Shown: positions 49,893 to 59,723, counted from the stretch's first letter. The stretch is DNA of 64,000 nucleotides from Oligoflexales bacterium (GCA_965215515.1 OZ244057.1:2048001-2112000); one strand, 5' to 3'. Program-made: numbers and translations. Notes: generated by a model not told the origin, from the sequence alone.

Positions 49893-52292
49893 ATGAATAA
49901 AACTCAGCTTAGGTGGTTGTTATTTTTTGTATTTATTGCTGCGGCGGCAGCTTTCTTTGTATTTGATGTGCAGCAGTTTTTAAGTTTTGCTTATTTGAAG
50001 GCACGGCATCTTGAGTTTAGAGAGTATTATGTCCAGCACACGTTGTTAACTGCGTTGTTTTATTTTTGTGTTTATGTGTTGGTCACGTCTTTGTCGGTGC
50101 CTGGGGCGTTGGTGATGACGATTGCGGGCGGGGCGATTTTTGGGGTGGTGTATGGCACGATAATTGTGTCGTTTGCTTCGACGATAGGGGCAACGCTGGC
50201 GTTTTTGGCGGCGCGCTTTATTTTGCGGGATTTTGTGCAGAATAAATTCGCGACGAAGTTGCGGACTATCAACGCTGGGATGGAGAAAAACGGTGTATTT
50301 TATTTGTTTACTTTGCGTTTAGTGCCTATCTTTCCGTTTTTTATGATTAATATGGTGATGGGCTTGACAAGAATTAAAACATGGCATTTTTTCTTTGTCA
50401 GTCAGGTCGCGATGTTGCTCGGCACGGTGTTGTATGTTAATGCAGGAGCACAGTTGAGCAAGTTGCAGTCGCCCGCGGATATTTTATCGTGGCAGTTGTT
50501 GTTGTCGTTCGCGCTTCTGGGTATTTTTCCTCTGCTCGCGAAAAAAATAGTTGACGTTGTGAAAGCGAGGCGTGTGTATCGTGGTTTTACGCGCCCGCGT
50601 CATTATGATTACAATCTAGTCGTCATTGGGGCGGGAGCGGCAGGCTTGGTCAGTGCTTATATCGGAGCGACGGTGAAGGCGAAGACGCTGTTGATTGAGA
50701 GGCACAAGATGGGAGGTGATTGTCTCAATACGGGGTGTGTACCGAGCAAGGCACTGCTAAAGTCGGCACAAATTGCCGCTTTACAGCACAAGGCACGACG
50801 GTATGGGTTTGCTAAAATCGAGTTGTCGTATCTCTTCAGTGAGGTGATGGAGCGGGTGCAGAGGGTGATTGCGAAGGTTGAGCCGCACGATTCAGTAGCA
50901 AGATACAGTGCCCTAGGAGTTGAGTGTCGGCAAGGTGAAGCAAGAATTATCTCGCCGTATGAGGTGCAGGTAAAGGAGCGAGAAAGCAAAGCTGCTTTTA
51001 GTAACGCTCGCTTGCTAGCTCGCTCCTCACACTCAGATGTGGAGAGCGAAGCGGAGCGAGAAAGCGGCAAAAAAGCCTGGCGGAGCGAAGCGGAGCGAGA
51101 AAGCGGCAAAAAAGCCTGGCGGAGCGAAGCGGAGCGAGAAAGCGGCAAAAAAGCCTGGCGGAGCGAAGCGGAGCGAGAAAGCGGCAAAAAAGCCTGGCGG
51201 AGCGAAGCGGAGCGAGTGGTCACGGCGCGCAACATCATTATTGCTAGCGGTGCAACTCCGTTTGTGCCACCGTTGGCGGGGTTGGAGCAGGTTGACTACT
51301 ACACTGCCGACACGATTTGGAGTTTGCGTGAGAGACCGTCGTGTATGTTGGTGCTTGGTGGCGGGCCGATCGGTTGTGAGTTAGCGCAAGCTTTTACGCG
51401 GCTCAGCGTAAAGGTGGTGCAATTGGAGCAGGGAACACGGCTGTTGCCGCGTGAAGATGTGGAAGTGTCTGATTTTATGATGCAGGTGTTTCGTGACGAA
51501 GGTATTGAGGTGCTAACGGAGCATCGGGCGTTAAGTTTTGGCAAAGAGGAGGGCGGGAGTTTTGTTGTTTGTCGGCATAAGGAGCAGGAGAAAAAGATAA
51601 AGTTTGATGTGGTGTTGCTAGCGTTGGGACGCAGAGCGACGGTAACTGGTTTTTGTGGCGAGGCTATGCAGTTAGATTTAACCGAGCGGGGTACGTTGCA
51701 GGTTAATGATTATTTGCAGACCAATTATCCTAACATTTATGCTTGTGGTGATGTTGTTGGGCCGTATCAGTTCACGCACATGGCTGCGCATCAAGCGTGG
51801 TATTGTGCCGTCAATGCTTTGTTCTCGCCTGTGAGTTTCAAAGTCAACTACAGGGTTGTTCCTTGGTGCACCTTTACTGATCCAGAGGTGGCACATGTGG
51901 GGCTGAGTGTTGCTGAGGCAGAGCGACGTGGTATTGCTTATGAGGTGACGATGTATGGTCTGGATGATCTTGACCGTGCCATTGCTGATAGCGACGATCG
52001 TGGTTTTGTCAAGGTATTGACTGCACCGAAGAGGGACAGGGTGCTCGGTGCAACGATTGTTGGCGCACGTGCGGGTGAGTTGATTACTGAGTTCGTCAGT
52101 GCGATGCAGCATGGCATTGGTCTGAACAAAATCCTCGCCACGATTCATATCTATCCGACCTTTGCCGAAGCCAACAAGTACGCGGCAGGCAACTGGAAGA
52201 AGACGCATGCTTCTGCCCGTGTGCTTGCTTATCTTGAGAAGTTGCATAGCTTGCGGCGGGGGGCAAACGAAAGGCGAGCACATGGAAGATAA
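49893..52292 (+). CDS. VTT/TVP38 domain fused to FAD-dependent pyridine nucleotide-disulfide oxidoreductase (MerA/Lpd-like), carrying a 78-aa repeat insertion
   Basis: LFTLRLVPIFPFF VTT motif; GAGAAG, GGDCLNTGCVPSK, GGGPIG, HIYPTFAE. Confidence 0.9.
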   Translation: MNKTQLRWLLFFVFIAAAAAFFVFDVQQFLSFAYLKARHLEFREYYVQHTLLTALFYFCVYVLVTSLSVPGALVMTIAGGAIFGVVYGTIIVSFASTIGATLAFLAARFILRDFVQNKFATKLRTINAGMEKNGVFYLFTLRLVPIFPFFMINMVMGLTRIKTWHFFFVSQVAMLLGTVLYVNAGAQLSKLQSPADILSWQLLLSFALLGIFPLLAKKIVDVVKARRVYRGFTRPRHYDYNLVVIGAGAAGLVSAYIGATVKAKTLLIERHKMGGDCLNTGCVPSKALLKSAQIAALQHKARRYGFAKIELSYLFSEVMERVQRVIAKVEPHDSVARYSALGVECRQGEARIISPYEVQVKERESKAAFSNARLLARSSHSDVESEAERESGKKAWRSEAERESGKKAWRSEAERESGKKAWRSEAERESGKKAWRSEAERVVTARNIIIASGATPFVPPLAGLEQVDYYTADTIWSLRERPSCMLVLGGGPIGCELAQAFTRLSVKVVQLEQGTRLLPREDVEVSDFMMQVFRDEGIEVLTEHRALSFGKEEGGSFVVCRHKEQEKKIKFDVVLLALGRRATVTGFCGEAMQLDLTERGTLQVNDYLQTNYPNIYACGDVVGPYQFTHMAAHQAWYCAVNALFSPVSFKVNYRVVPWCTFTDPEVAHVGLSVAEAERRGIAYEVTMYGLDDLDRAIADSDDRGFVKVLTAPKRDRVLGATIVGARAGELITEFVSAMQHGIGLNKILATIHIYPTFAEANKYAAGNWKKTHASARVLAYLEKLHSLRRGANERRAHGR
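50975..51216 (+). repeat. Modular 39-bp repeat/palindrome element, in-frame intragenic copy
   Basis: 78-bp palindromic module plus 4 x GGAGCGAGAAAGCGGCAAAAAAGCCTGGCGGAGCGAAGC, bounded by GGAGCGAG. Confidence 0.95.
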
Positions 52293-53214
52293 TTGGCGCA
52301 CGTCACCTAATGCCCACAATGATTTTATGGCCGCTTTGCTGGAGACAGCCGACGATTGTCGCGGCCTGCTAGCCTTAGCCGTCGCCAAAAACAAAGTGGA
52401 CGACGTACGAGAGAAGAGGGTGACGCGTTTGCCAGCTGATCATCCTGATTTTAGGCAGGTAGTACGCCATCTCGATGCGGTGCTTGGGATGAACGCAGGC
52501 GAGGCCACTGGTGGCGAGGAAGCTTATGAACATATCTACCTGCTCGAATTCAAGAGTAGTCTGAGCAAACACTCGCTGTTGCGGCAGTTGCTGGGTTATA
52601 TCTTGATTTTACTGCGTTTTTGTACATTAGTGACCCCTATCGTCATCTACACAGGTAAACGTCCGCTGCCCGCAGTTCGTAAACGGATACGTCCCCATGC
52701 CTGGTTACAAACACTCATCGCCAATCGGTGTGGTGTTAGCCTCACCTGTGTCGTAGTGAACATAGCTGAGGTCAAACGCACCACCCTGCTGCGCTATGCT
52801 CCCACAATTGCAGCGGGACTGTACCTCGCCAAACATATCTACCACTTGACTGAAGCACACATTGCCCAGTTCTTTCAGCTGGCCAACACTATGCCCAAGG
52901 TTTGGCGAGAGAAGATGGTTGAAAAGGGTTGCGTATATATCATAAAATGCGTGGAGGGCTACGATTGGCGGCGTTTGGAACGCATCGAACGCGAGGTAGT
53001 ACCAGAGAGGAGGCGTGTAGTGGCACGGGTAGCTTATAGCCGCGAGGCGGCCGTAGCCGAGGGTAAAGCCGAGGGTAAAGCCGAGGGTAGAGCCGAGGGA
53101 CTGGCAGAAGTTGCTCAGCGCATGCTTGTGGAAGGCATGGATATCGAGATCATCTGCCGCACAACTGGTCTCACGCGCAGAGAGCTGACACGACTCAAGA
53201 AAAAACGCGCCTAG
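52282..53214 (+). CDS. Divergent Rpn-like PD-(D/E)XK protein
   Basis: AHNDF, HLDAVL, LLEFKS, PIVIYTGK, (EGKA)n tail, RMLVEGMDIEIICRTTGLT end. Confidence 0.75.
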   Translation: MEDNWRTSPNAHNDFMAALLETADDCRGLLALAVAKNKVDDVREKRVTRLPADHPDFRQVVRHLDAVLGMNAGEATGGEEAYEHIYLLEFKSSLSKHSLLRQLLGYILILLRFCTLVTPIVIYTGKRPLPAVRKRIRPHAWLQTLIANRCGVSLTCVVVNIAEVKRTTLLRYAPTIAAGLYLAKHIYHLTEAHIAQFFQLANTMPKVWREKMVEKGCVYIIKCVEGYDWRRLERIEREVVPERRRVVARVAYSREAAVAEGKAEGKAEGRAEGLAEVAQRMLVEGMDIEIICRTTGLTRRELTRLKKKRA

Positions 53215-53242
53215 CAACCATTCTCACGTGTGCGGGGGCATG

Positions 53243-53315
53243 GGAAGAAGACGCATGCTTCTGCCCGTGTGCTTGCTTTTATCTTGAGAAGTTGCATAGC
53301 TTGCGGCGAGGGGCA
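53243..53315 (+). repeat. Direct repeat of oxidoreductase 3' end (partner 52195-52265)
   Basis: GGAAGAAGACGCATGC...GGGGCA; one TT insertion and one substitution. Confidence 0.93.
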
Positions 53316-53317
53316 GA

Positions 53318-54856
53318 TTAGCCCCCCTGTGGATCGGGGCTGGTGTCGCTGAGGGCAGAATCTTTACTCTTCTCATTGTCCACAGTGTAAGCTTCAAGTA
53401 GACTGCGCGCGGCGACGTATACTTGCTCGCTGTTATTGTGTGTTACGTAGTATTGTTCTTCGCTCTCAGCATGGGCGTGGAAAGAGATTTCTAGTTTGTT
53501 AATTTTTTGTTGATGTCTATCTTCCGTTGCTTCGTCGCTGCCGTCTGCCGTTTCCTTGTCATCAAAGTTTTCTTTGTCTTCCAGCCATAAAGTTATACGG
53601 CGGGCAGGCGGTTTAGCGAGGGTTTCTGTCACTTCCTTACGACCGACAAACTCGATTGCTTCTGCGGTTTCTAGACTGTCGAGCAGCAGATCGACCGAGT
53701 CGTTAGGCATAGGCTTGTTTTCTTCGGGTAGTTTGCCTTCTTTATCAAGTGCGGCACTACGATACCAATCATTATCAACGCGTTGATAAGTTTCGCCATC
53801 GATATCAAGCTCGATAACCTCTGCGGTAGTGAAGGTGAAGATGCTGTGGTCGCGAAAATTTTCGCTCAGATCGCGCACCTTTTCTTCAAAACTAGCGGGT
53901 AAACCGAACACTAGCTTGTCAGGTGCAAACGCGGCCAGCAGCTCACCCCGATCACGTACGAAGGTCAATTCCTTGCTTTCACCAGAGCTGAACTCAAATA
54001 CGGCACTCATGACAATCTTGTTTGCGGTATTGAATTTTTTGGTTAGTTCCGCTGCGGGTGTGTCGATAAATTTCTCCGCTCGTACTTGATCGAATGCCTC
54101 GATATACTCGCGGACTTTCTGTTGTGCTGTTTTAAAAGGTTCAGGCTTGAGCAGCTGAAATTTTCCTCCCTGCCGTGCCACCTCGTATACTTGTGATTCA
54201 CGATGCCAGAAGGTCACCCGTGACAACTTTTCCGCATCGAGGACGAGCAGCTGTTTGTCGCGAAAATTAAACAGGCCTTTTTCGGTTGAGTTCAGTACAT
54301 ATTGGCTGCCGAGATACACTTGCTGTTGCTTTTGTTGTTTTGTTGATCCCTTTACTTGAAAATAAGTGCTATAGCCCACGGGGGCATTGTTGCCCAAGCG
54401 CAGTTCGTAACTGCTACCATCCTCTGCCTGCAGGGTAATTACCCGCCGTGGCTCTTGCAAGCCAAACTCCTGTAACTCGATGTTCTCTGTCTCAGTCTTA
54501 ACAACTTCTTCTTCGTATTTGTAATCGAGTACTGTCTTAATAAAATCGCTCACCTCACGCTCATCGGCAGCTGTCTCCAGCGGGGCGACGATGCGCCATA
54601 CACCGTCGATCATCTCCAGTATTACTTGTTTTGGTATGTTTGCCACTTCCGTTTCAGCGACATCGTCTGTCTGGTCATCAGTATCCTTCTGGGCATGATC
54701 GAGCAGGGTAATTTTACGTATTTGCTTTTCGTCAAGTGTGGTGAGCTTGCTTGCCTCTTCCTTCTCTTTTTGTTCTGTTTTTGTTTGCCATTCGTCCCAC
54801 GTAGCCAGACCACCGAGTGCGAGCAGCACTGCGGCAAGAATTAGTGGTGTGCGCAT
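53318..54856 (-). CDS. DUF4340-like membrane-anchored protein
   Basis: N-terminal TM, WRIVAP, FGL.EP, LG..AP, FRDK; last gene of Gld-type ABC cluster. Confidence 0.75.
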   Translation of the reverse strand: MRTPLILAAVLLALGGLATWDEWQTKTEQKEKEEASKLTTLDEKQIRKITLLDHAQKDTDDQTDDVAETEVANIPKQVILEMIDGVWRIVAPLETAADEREVSDFIKTVLDYKYEEEVVKTETENIELQEFGLQEPRRVITLQAEDGSSYELRLGNNAPVGYSTYFQVKGSTKQQKQQQVYLGSQYVLNSTEKGLFNFRDKQLLVLDAEKLSRVTFWHRESQVYEVARQGGKFQLLKPEPFKTAQQKVREYIEAFDQVRAEKFIDTPAAELTKKFNTANKIVMSAVFEFSSGESKELTFVRDRGELLAAFAPDKLVFGLPASFEEKVRDLSENFRDHSIFTFTTAEVIELDIDGETYQRVDNDWYRSAALDKEGKLPEENKPMPNDSVDLLLDSLETAEAIEFVGRKEVTETLAKPPARRITLWLEDKENFDDKETADGSDEATEDRHQQKINKLEISFHAHAESEEQYYVTHNNSEQVYVAARSLLEAYTVDNEKSKDSALSDTSPDPQGG

Positions 54857-54861
54857 AAACT

Positions 54862-56505
54862 TCACAACGACCTCCGTCTCAGCCAACTAACCACACCGCT
54901 GCCCATAAAAACGATGGGATAGAAGAAGCAGATCAGCTTTAGTATCAATTGGCTCATGCTTGAAGTTAGGGCAATCGAGCTTTTCTGCACGTCTTTGGGA
55001 CGCAGTGAGATAAAATCTTCGTCTTTCAGGAGGAAGTTGGTCATGTTGACAAACATGTCGCGATGTTCGACTGCTGCTTGTACTCCCTGGTTACGAGCAA
55101 AGTGGGATGAGCCAGTGACAATTAGGCGCACTTGCCTTTCCTCCGCGGTCGGTAGCGCTTTGTTGTCCACGTCTTTTGCCTCTTCTTTTTTGCTTTGTTC
55201 TGTACCTGCATCAGCCAGTTGTGGTGTCTTGGTTTTGCCTGTTGCCACGGCAATCACGGCGAATTGGCCTGCGGTCACTCGATCTTGTGTAATCTCACCG
55301 AGATCGGATTTGTCGGTAACGTTATCGACCTTGACGATTGTTGTGGAGGTCTTGGCCACTAATTCGACGTTCATCTTATGTTTGTTATCTTCTACCTTTG
55401 CTAGTGAGCGCACGTTAGGCATTAGCAGGGTCGCGGCACTTTGTCGTGCAAAGTCTTTGGTCACGCTATGAAAATCATCGAAGTCGGTCACCAGAGCGTT
55501 GTTTTGCCCTAGCAGCAGGGCGCGTGGATCATCGGGAGGCAGCAGTAGCAGGTCGTTGTTGATTTTAACGCCAAATTCTTCGGTGAATGCTGCAAGGTTA
55601 TTCATTTTCGTTACCGCATCGAACATCACCAACAGCGCTCCACCGCGTTGCAAATAATTACGCAAAAAATTAATTTCTTCTTTGCGCAGATCGTAACGAG
55701 GCCCTGCCACCACCACTAAATCTGCATCAGCTGGCACTTTACCTGTCTCTAGCAACATCAGTGCTTCGGTGCTGTATTTGTTGTTTTCCATCTCCTGCAC
55801 GACAAAGTCGTAGCCTAGGGGACTTTTTGCTCCCAGTTCACCCTCACCGTGCCCACGGGTGAAATAAACTTTCTTTGATTTGTCCTTCAGCACCTTGACC
55901 AGGGCGTTGGTAAGTTTTTCCTCTGTGAAGGTGGCGATACGTGTTTCCAGCTTGCCGCGTCGAAAAATTACCGTGTTACCAGAGGTCAACTTGTCCGCCA
56001 TCGCTTGTGTCGGTTTCTGGCGCGGGTCAAGCCAACTGACATTAAACTCTGCACCTTCTATCTCATATAGGGAGAGCAAATTCTTGAAATTATCTTTTGT
56101 TCCTTGGTCTTGAAACCAAGCTGTAATCCTGAGCGGTTCTGTGCTCTCCTTGACCTTGGCGATAACTTTCAACGACTGGTCAGACAGGGTGTTGGTTTGC
56201 GAACGGGTCACGTCAAAGCTCTTGTTGAATCGTGCTCGGGATGACAACAGTGCCACTGCTACGATAATGGCGATGCCCAGCACTACTGTCAAACTTGAGC
56301 TTGCGCCAAACTTCGAGCCTTTACGCCGCAAGAATTTCTTGAAATTTTCGATATCCCACGAAATCCAGAAAACTACTAGCGCCACCGCTAGCACTAGACT
56401 AGAACTACCCACCCAGACCAGCCCAGGGTAGGAAGACTTGACCGCGGCACCGATTGCCGCTACCAGCACGGCTAAAAAAGGCAAAATAAAAAGTCCTGAC
56501 CTCAT
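54862..56505 (-). CDS. GldG-family ABC transporter auxiliary protein
   Basis: FDVT...TLS.QS, EEKLTNAL, VYFTRGHGE, VPADAD..VVAGP, C-terminal TM plus WLRRR. Confidence 0.82.
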   Translation of the reverse strand: MRSGLFILPFLAVLVAAIGAAVKSSYPGLVWVGSSSLVLAVALVVFWISWDIENFKKFLRRKGSKFGASSSLTVVLGIAIIVAVALLSSRARFNKSFDVTRSQTNTLSDQSLKVIAKVKESTEPLRITAWFQDQGTKDNFKNLLSLYEIEGAEFNVSWLDPRQKPTQAMADKLTSGNTVIFRRGKLETRIATFTEEKLTNALVKVLKDKSKKVYFTRGHGEGELGAKSPLGYDFVVQEMENNKYSTEALMLLETGKVPADADLVVVAGPRYDLRKEEINFLRNYLQRGGALLVMFDAVTKMNNLAAFTEEFGVKINNDLLLLPPDDPRALLLGQNNALVTDFDDFHSVTKDFARQSAATLLMPNVRSLAKVEDNKHKMNVELVAKTSTTIVKVDNVTDKSDLGEITQDRVTAGQFAVIAVATGKTKTPQLADAGTEQSKKEEAKDVDNKALPTAEERQVRLIVTGSSHFARNQGVQAAVEHRDMFVNMTNFLLKDEDFISLRPKDVQKSSIALTSSMSQLILKLICFFYPIVFMGSGVVSWLRRRSL

Positions 56506-56511
56506 AGTTTG

Positions 56512-57288
56512 TTATCTCCAGCGTTGCGAGTCCAAAACCACATTTGTAAAAAATAAAAACAAAGACGTGAAACACATAAAATAGAAAATGTCTTTGATGG
56601 TAATCATGCCTTTCATCATGTTCTCGAGGTGTTGCATTGAGGCGAGGTATTTGAGTGTTTCTTCTGCCCAGCCGCCACCTGAGAGGTTAGGGGCGAGCCA
56701 GTTCAGTATCAGCAGCATGAACAGTCCGAACATGGTGAATAGGAAGGCGAGGAACTGGTTTTTGGTCATGGAGGAGATCCAAATGCCCAGTGCTAACTGC
56801 GAGCTGATGAGCAGAAACAGGCCGAGGTAGGCACTCAGGATAACGCCGACATCGGGGTTCCCGTATTTGACAGTGAACAGCGGGAAGATAGTCGAAGCCA
56901 GCAACACCAGCGTCATCATCAGCAGTGCGGCGAGGTATTTACCCAAGACGATGTGTAGTGGTCTGATGGGTGCGGTGTGTAGCAAGCGAATCGAATGATT
57001 TTTGATTTCTTCCGAGAAAGAGGCCATTGTTACTGCGGGTACGATCAGAATCAAAATGAAGTGCAGGTTATGGAACAGTGCGGTCAGCAGTTGTTCGAGG
57101 GTGGGTGCTTGCCCGCCCATTGCGGGGGCGCGTTGCTGCATTTCGAAGAAGGTTTGCATGAAGCTGTTAAAGAACACTCCCATAAAGGCGAGAAAGAAGA
57201 AGAAGATTGCCATGCCCTTCGGTGAAGCGAAGAAGGCTGCCAGATCACGGCGGGCAATTGTCCAGGTAACGCCAAAGCTGGGTCGCAT
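56512..57288 (-). CDS. ABC transporter permease (GldF-like)
   Basis: IARRDLAAFFASP, PAVTM..FSEE, IVLGKYLA, SSMTKNQ. Confidence 0.88.
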   Translation of the reverse strand: MRPSFGVTWTIARRDLAAFFASPKGMAIFFFFLAFMGVFFNSFMQTFFEMQQRAPAMGGQAPTLEQLLTALFHNLHFILILIVPAVTMASFSEEIKNHSIRLLHTAPIRPLHIVLGKYLAALLMMTLVLLASTIFPLFTVKYGNPDVGVILSAYLGLFLLISSQLALGIWISSMTKNQFLAFLFTMFGLFMLLILNWLAPNLSGGGWAEETLKYLASMQHLENMMKGMITIKDIFYFMCFTSLFLFFTNVVLDSQRWR

Positions 57289-57303
57289 TTTTCCTCCCTA
57301 AAA

Positions 57304-58227
57304 TCAGTGTGTGACCTGGAAAAACACGTCTTCCAGGCTTTTGGTTTTGACATTCAGCTCGCGCAGACCGTAACCACCCTTGACTGCTTGCATAGCCACC
57401 TTATCTATGGTGTCATCGGGTGCGTCTTTGCGCAGGGCAAATTCGATCACGTCGGTGGAAGCGGCGCGTGGCTGGGTCAGGGCAGGGAGTGTCGTCAGTT
57501 CGTTAGCGAGCTGTTCCGCTTTTTCTCCCACTCGTAGGGTATAGACGCGGTCAGCGTCGAGCCGTTCAAGCAGTTCCTCGTATGTGCCTTCTTCGACAAT
57601 CTTGCCCTTGTCGATGATGATGATTTTTTCGCACATCTGCTCTACTTCCGAGAGGATATGTGAGCTTAAGATGATCGTGTGTTGTCCTGCCAATGATTTG
57701 ATTAGCTCACGAATGTGCACGATTTGGTTGGGGTCAAGTCCTTCGGTTGGCTCGTCGAGCACCAGCACTTTTGGGTCATGTATTAGTGCTTGTGCTAGTG
57801 CCACTCGCTGTCGATAGCCTTTGGACAAGTTGCCTATGATTCGTCCGCCGACCTCGTGCAGTTCGAGTTTGGTAAACACCTCGTTCATCCGTCCTTGGAT
57901 ACGTTCTTTTGGCACACCTCGCAAGCATGCGGCGAAAACAACGTAGTCAGCCACTCGCATCTCGGCGTGTAGCGGCGGCACGTCAGGCAGGTAACCTAGC
58001 ATGCTTTTTGCTTCCAGCGGAGCATCGGTGATATCGCAACCAAAAATGCGTGCATTGCCACTGTCTGCTCCGATACAGCCACAGAGAATGTCCATCGTTG
58101 TCGTCTTGCCAGCACCGTTAGCACCGAGAAAACCGACTATCTGCCCCTCTTCTACCTTGAAGCTGATGTCGGCCAATACCTGTACGCTACCGTAGGATTT
58201 CGACAACCCGTTGATTTCAATCATCAT
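57304..58227 (-). CDS. ABC transporter ATP-binding protein (GldA-like)
   Basis: GANGAGKTT, LSKGYRQRV, LDEPTEGLDP, SSHILSEV. Confidence 0.92.
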   Translation of the reverse strand: MMIEINGLSKSYGSVQVLADISFKVEEGQIVGFLGANGAGKTTTMDILCGCIGADSGNARIFGCDITDAPLEAKSMLGYLPDVPPLHAEMRVADYVVFAACLRGVPKERIQGRMNEVFTKLELHEVGGRIIGNLSKGYRQRVALAQALIHDPKVLVLDEPTEGLDPNQIVHIRELIKSLAGQHTIILSSHILSEVEQMCEKIIIIDKGKIVEEGTYEELLERLDADRVYTLRVGEKAEQLANELTTLPALTQPRAASTDVIEFALRKDAPDDTIDKVAMQAVKGGYGLRELNVKTKSLEDVFFQVTH

Positions 58228-58375
58228 CACTCCCACCTGTCCCTGAAACGTCACTGAATAAGCAACAAGCGACATTTTGACAAAACTTAACGTGCTTGTC
58301 TACCCCTTTATGCACATCCACCCTCCTGCCTTCGCGGTGAGCGTGTGCGGTTGGTGTATGTCACTGATGATCTAC

Positions 58376-58933
58376 TTAGGGATGGAAGTCGCGCAGCTTG
58401 AACCCTTGCGGGAAGGAGACGAGTTCTTTGCTGGTTTCGGTTGGATGGATGAGCAGTAGTCCTTGTTGTTGTGCGTAGGCTTGCACTGCAGCGCTGGCAC
58501 TGAGAAAACCGATTGCGCCGTAAATTTTCTTGCCCTTAAAGGTCGGTGCAAGCTCAGTGAATATTTTGAGTTTTCCCGCGACGAAGTTTTTGACATCCGT
58601 CTCCTTCAGAGTAGACTTGGCTTCGATGACGACCACCACGCCATCACCGTCCGCGATGCCATCGATTTCCCACTCCTTGCCGTTATAATCTTTGCGAAGG
58701 TTGGTGTACAGAGTGTGCACCTCGATGCCATCGGCAGAGTTGAGGACGGCAATGGACTCGCCGACCGTCATGGCCTCACCGAGATCACCCCACTTGTTGC
58801 TCAATCCACCGATATTCTTCGCCAGCTTGTCAACTCTCGCATCCGTCTGCTTGAACCTAATCGCGACCTCACGGAATAGTGCCCAAACATCCTCAAGAGT
58901 CGGCCTTTTCTTCTTCTTACTCTTGCCTGCCAT
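58376..58933 (-). CDS. Small PD-(D/E)XK nuclease-like protein (DUF3782-like), array unit 1
   Basis: IGGLSNKWGDLGE, EIDGIA...VIEAKSTL, KIYGAIG. Confidence 0.72.
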   Translation of the reverse strand: MAGKSKKKKRPTLEDVWALFREVAIRFKQTDARVDKLAKNIGGLSNKWGDLGEAMTVGESIAVLNSADGIEVHTLYTNLRKDYNGKEWEIDGIADGDGVVVVIEAKSTLKETDVKNFVAGKLKIFTELAPTFKGKKIYGAIGFLSASAAVQAYAQQQGLLLIHPTETSKELVSFPQGFKLRDFHP

Positions 58934-59034
58934 GCGCTGTCTATCCTCACCAAAATGCCCGCATCGCCAGTCTAACACAACGCAGCACTGTGTGCTGCAC
59001 AAAAAGCATCCATCGCTACCTCCATCACAAACTT

Positions 59035-59622
59035 TCAGGGATGGAAGTCGCGCAGCTTGAAACCTTGCGGGAAGGAGACGAGTTCTTTGCTGGTTTCGGT
59101 TGGATGGATGAGCAGTAGTCCTTGTTGTTGTGCGTAGGCTTGTACTGCAGCGCTGGCACTGAGAAAACCGATTGCGCCGTAAATTTTCTTGTTCTCAAAG
59201 GATGGCTCAAGCTCAGTGAATATTTTGAGTTTTCCCGCGACGAAGTTTTTGACATCCGTCTCCTTCAGTGTAGCCTTGGCTTCGATGACGATCACCAGTT
59301 CTTTGCCAATGGCAATTCCGTCTATTTCCCACTCCTTGCCCTTGTAGTTAGTGATGATGTTTGAATGCAGGCTGTAGACCTCGACACCGTCGATGGTGTT
59401 GAAGACAGCAATGGACTCGCCGACCGTCATGGCCTCACCGAGATCACCCCACTTGTTGCTCAATCCACCGATATTCTTTGACAGCTTGTCAATTCTCACG
59501 TCACTTGCCTTAGCATTGACGGTCAGTGCCTCGATATCGGCTCTAGCTGCCCTCAGGCCAGCCACAACTTCACGTAACGATTCCAGCAATTCTCCGAAAG
59601 CTAGGATCTCTTTGCCTGCCAT
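59035..59622 (-). CDS. Small PD-(D/E)XK nuclease-like protein (DUF3782-like), array unit 2
   Basis: C-terminus identical to unit 1, different N-terminus. Confidence 0.72.
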   Translation of the reverse strand: MAGKEILAFGELLESLREVVAGLRAARADIEALTVNAKASDVRIDKLSKNIGGLSNKWGDLGEAMTVGESIAVFNTIDGVEVYSLHSNIITNYKGKEWEIDGIAIGKELVIVIEAKATLKETDVKNFVAGKLKIFTELEPSFENKKIYGAIGFLSASAAVQAYAQQQGLLLIHPTETSKELVSFPQGFKLRDFHP

Positions 59623-59723
59623 GCGCTATCCATCTCCACCAAAATGCCCGCATCGCTAGTCTAACACAACGCAGCACTGTGTGCTGCACAAAAAACATCC
59701 ATCGCTACCTCCATCACAAACTC

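Noticed and set aside
50975..51216. Insertion as an intein or self-splicing intron
   Set aside because: No Cys/Ser...His-Asn intein ends and no group I/II features; it is a simple repeat module
58934..59034. Spacer as an integron attC
   Set aside because: No RYYYAAC/GTTRRRY bracketing a full-length inverted repeat, and no intI seen
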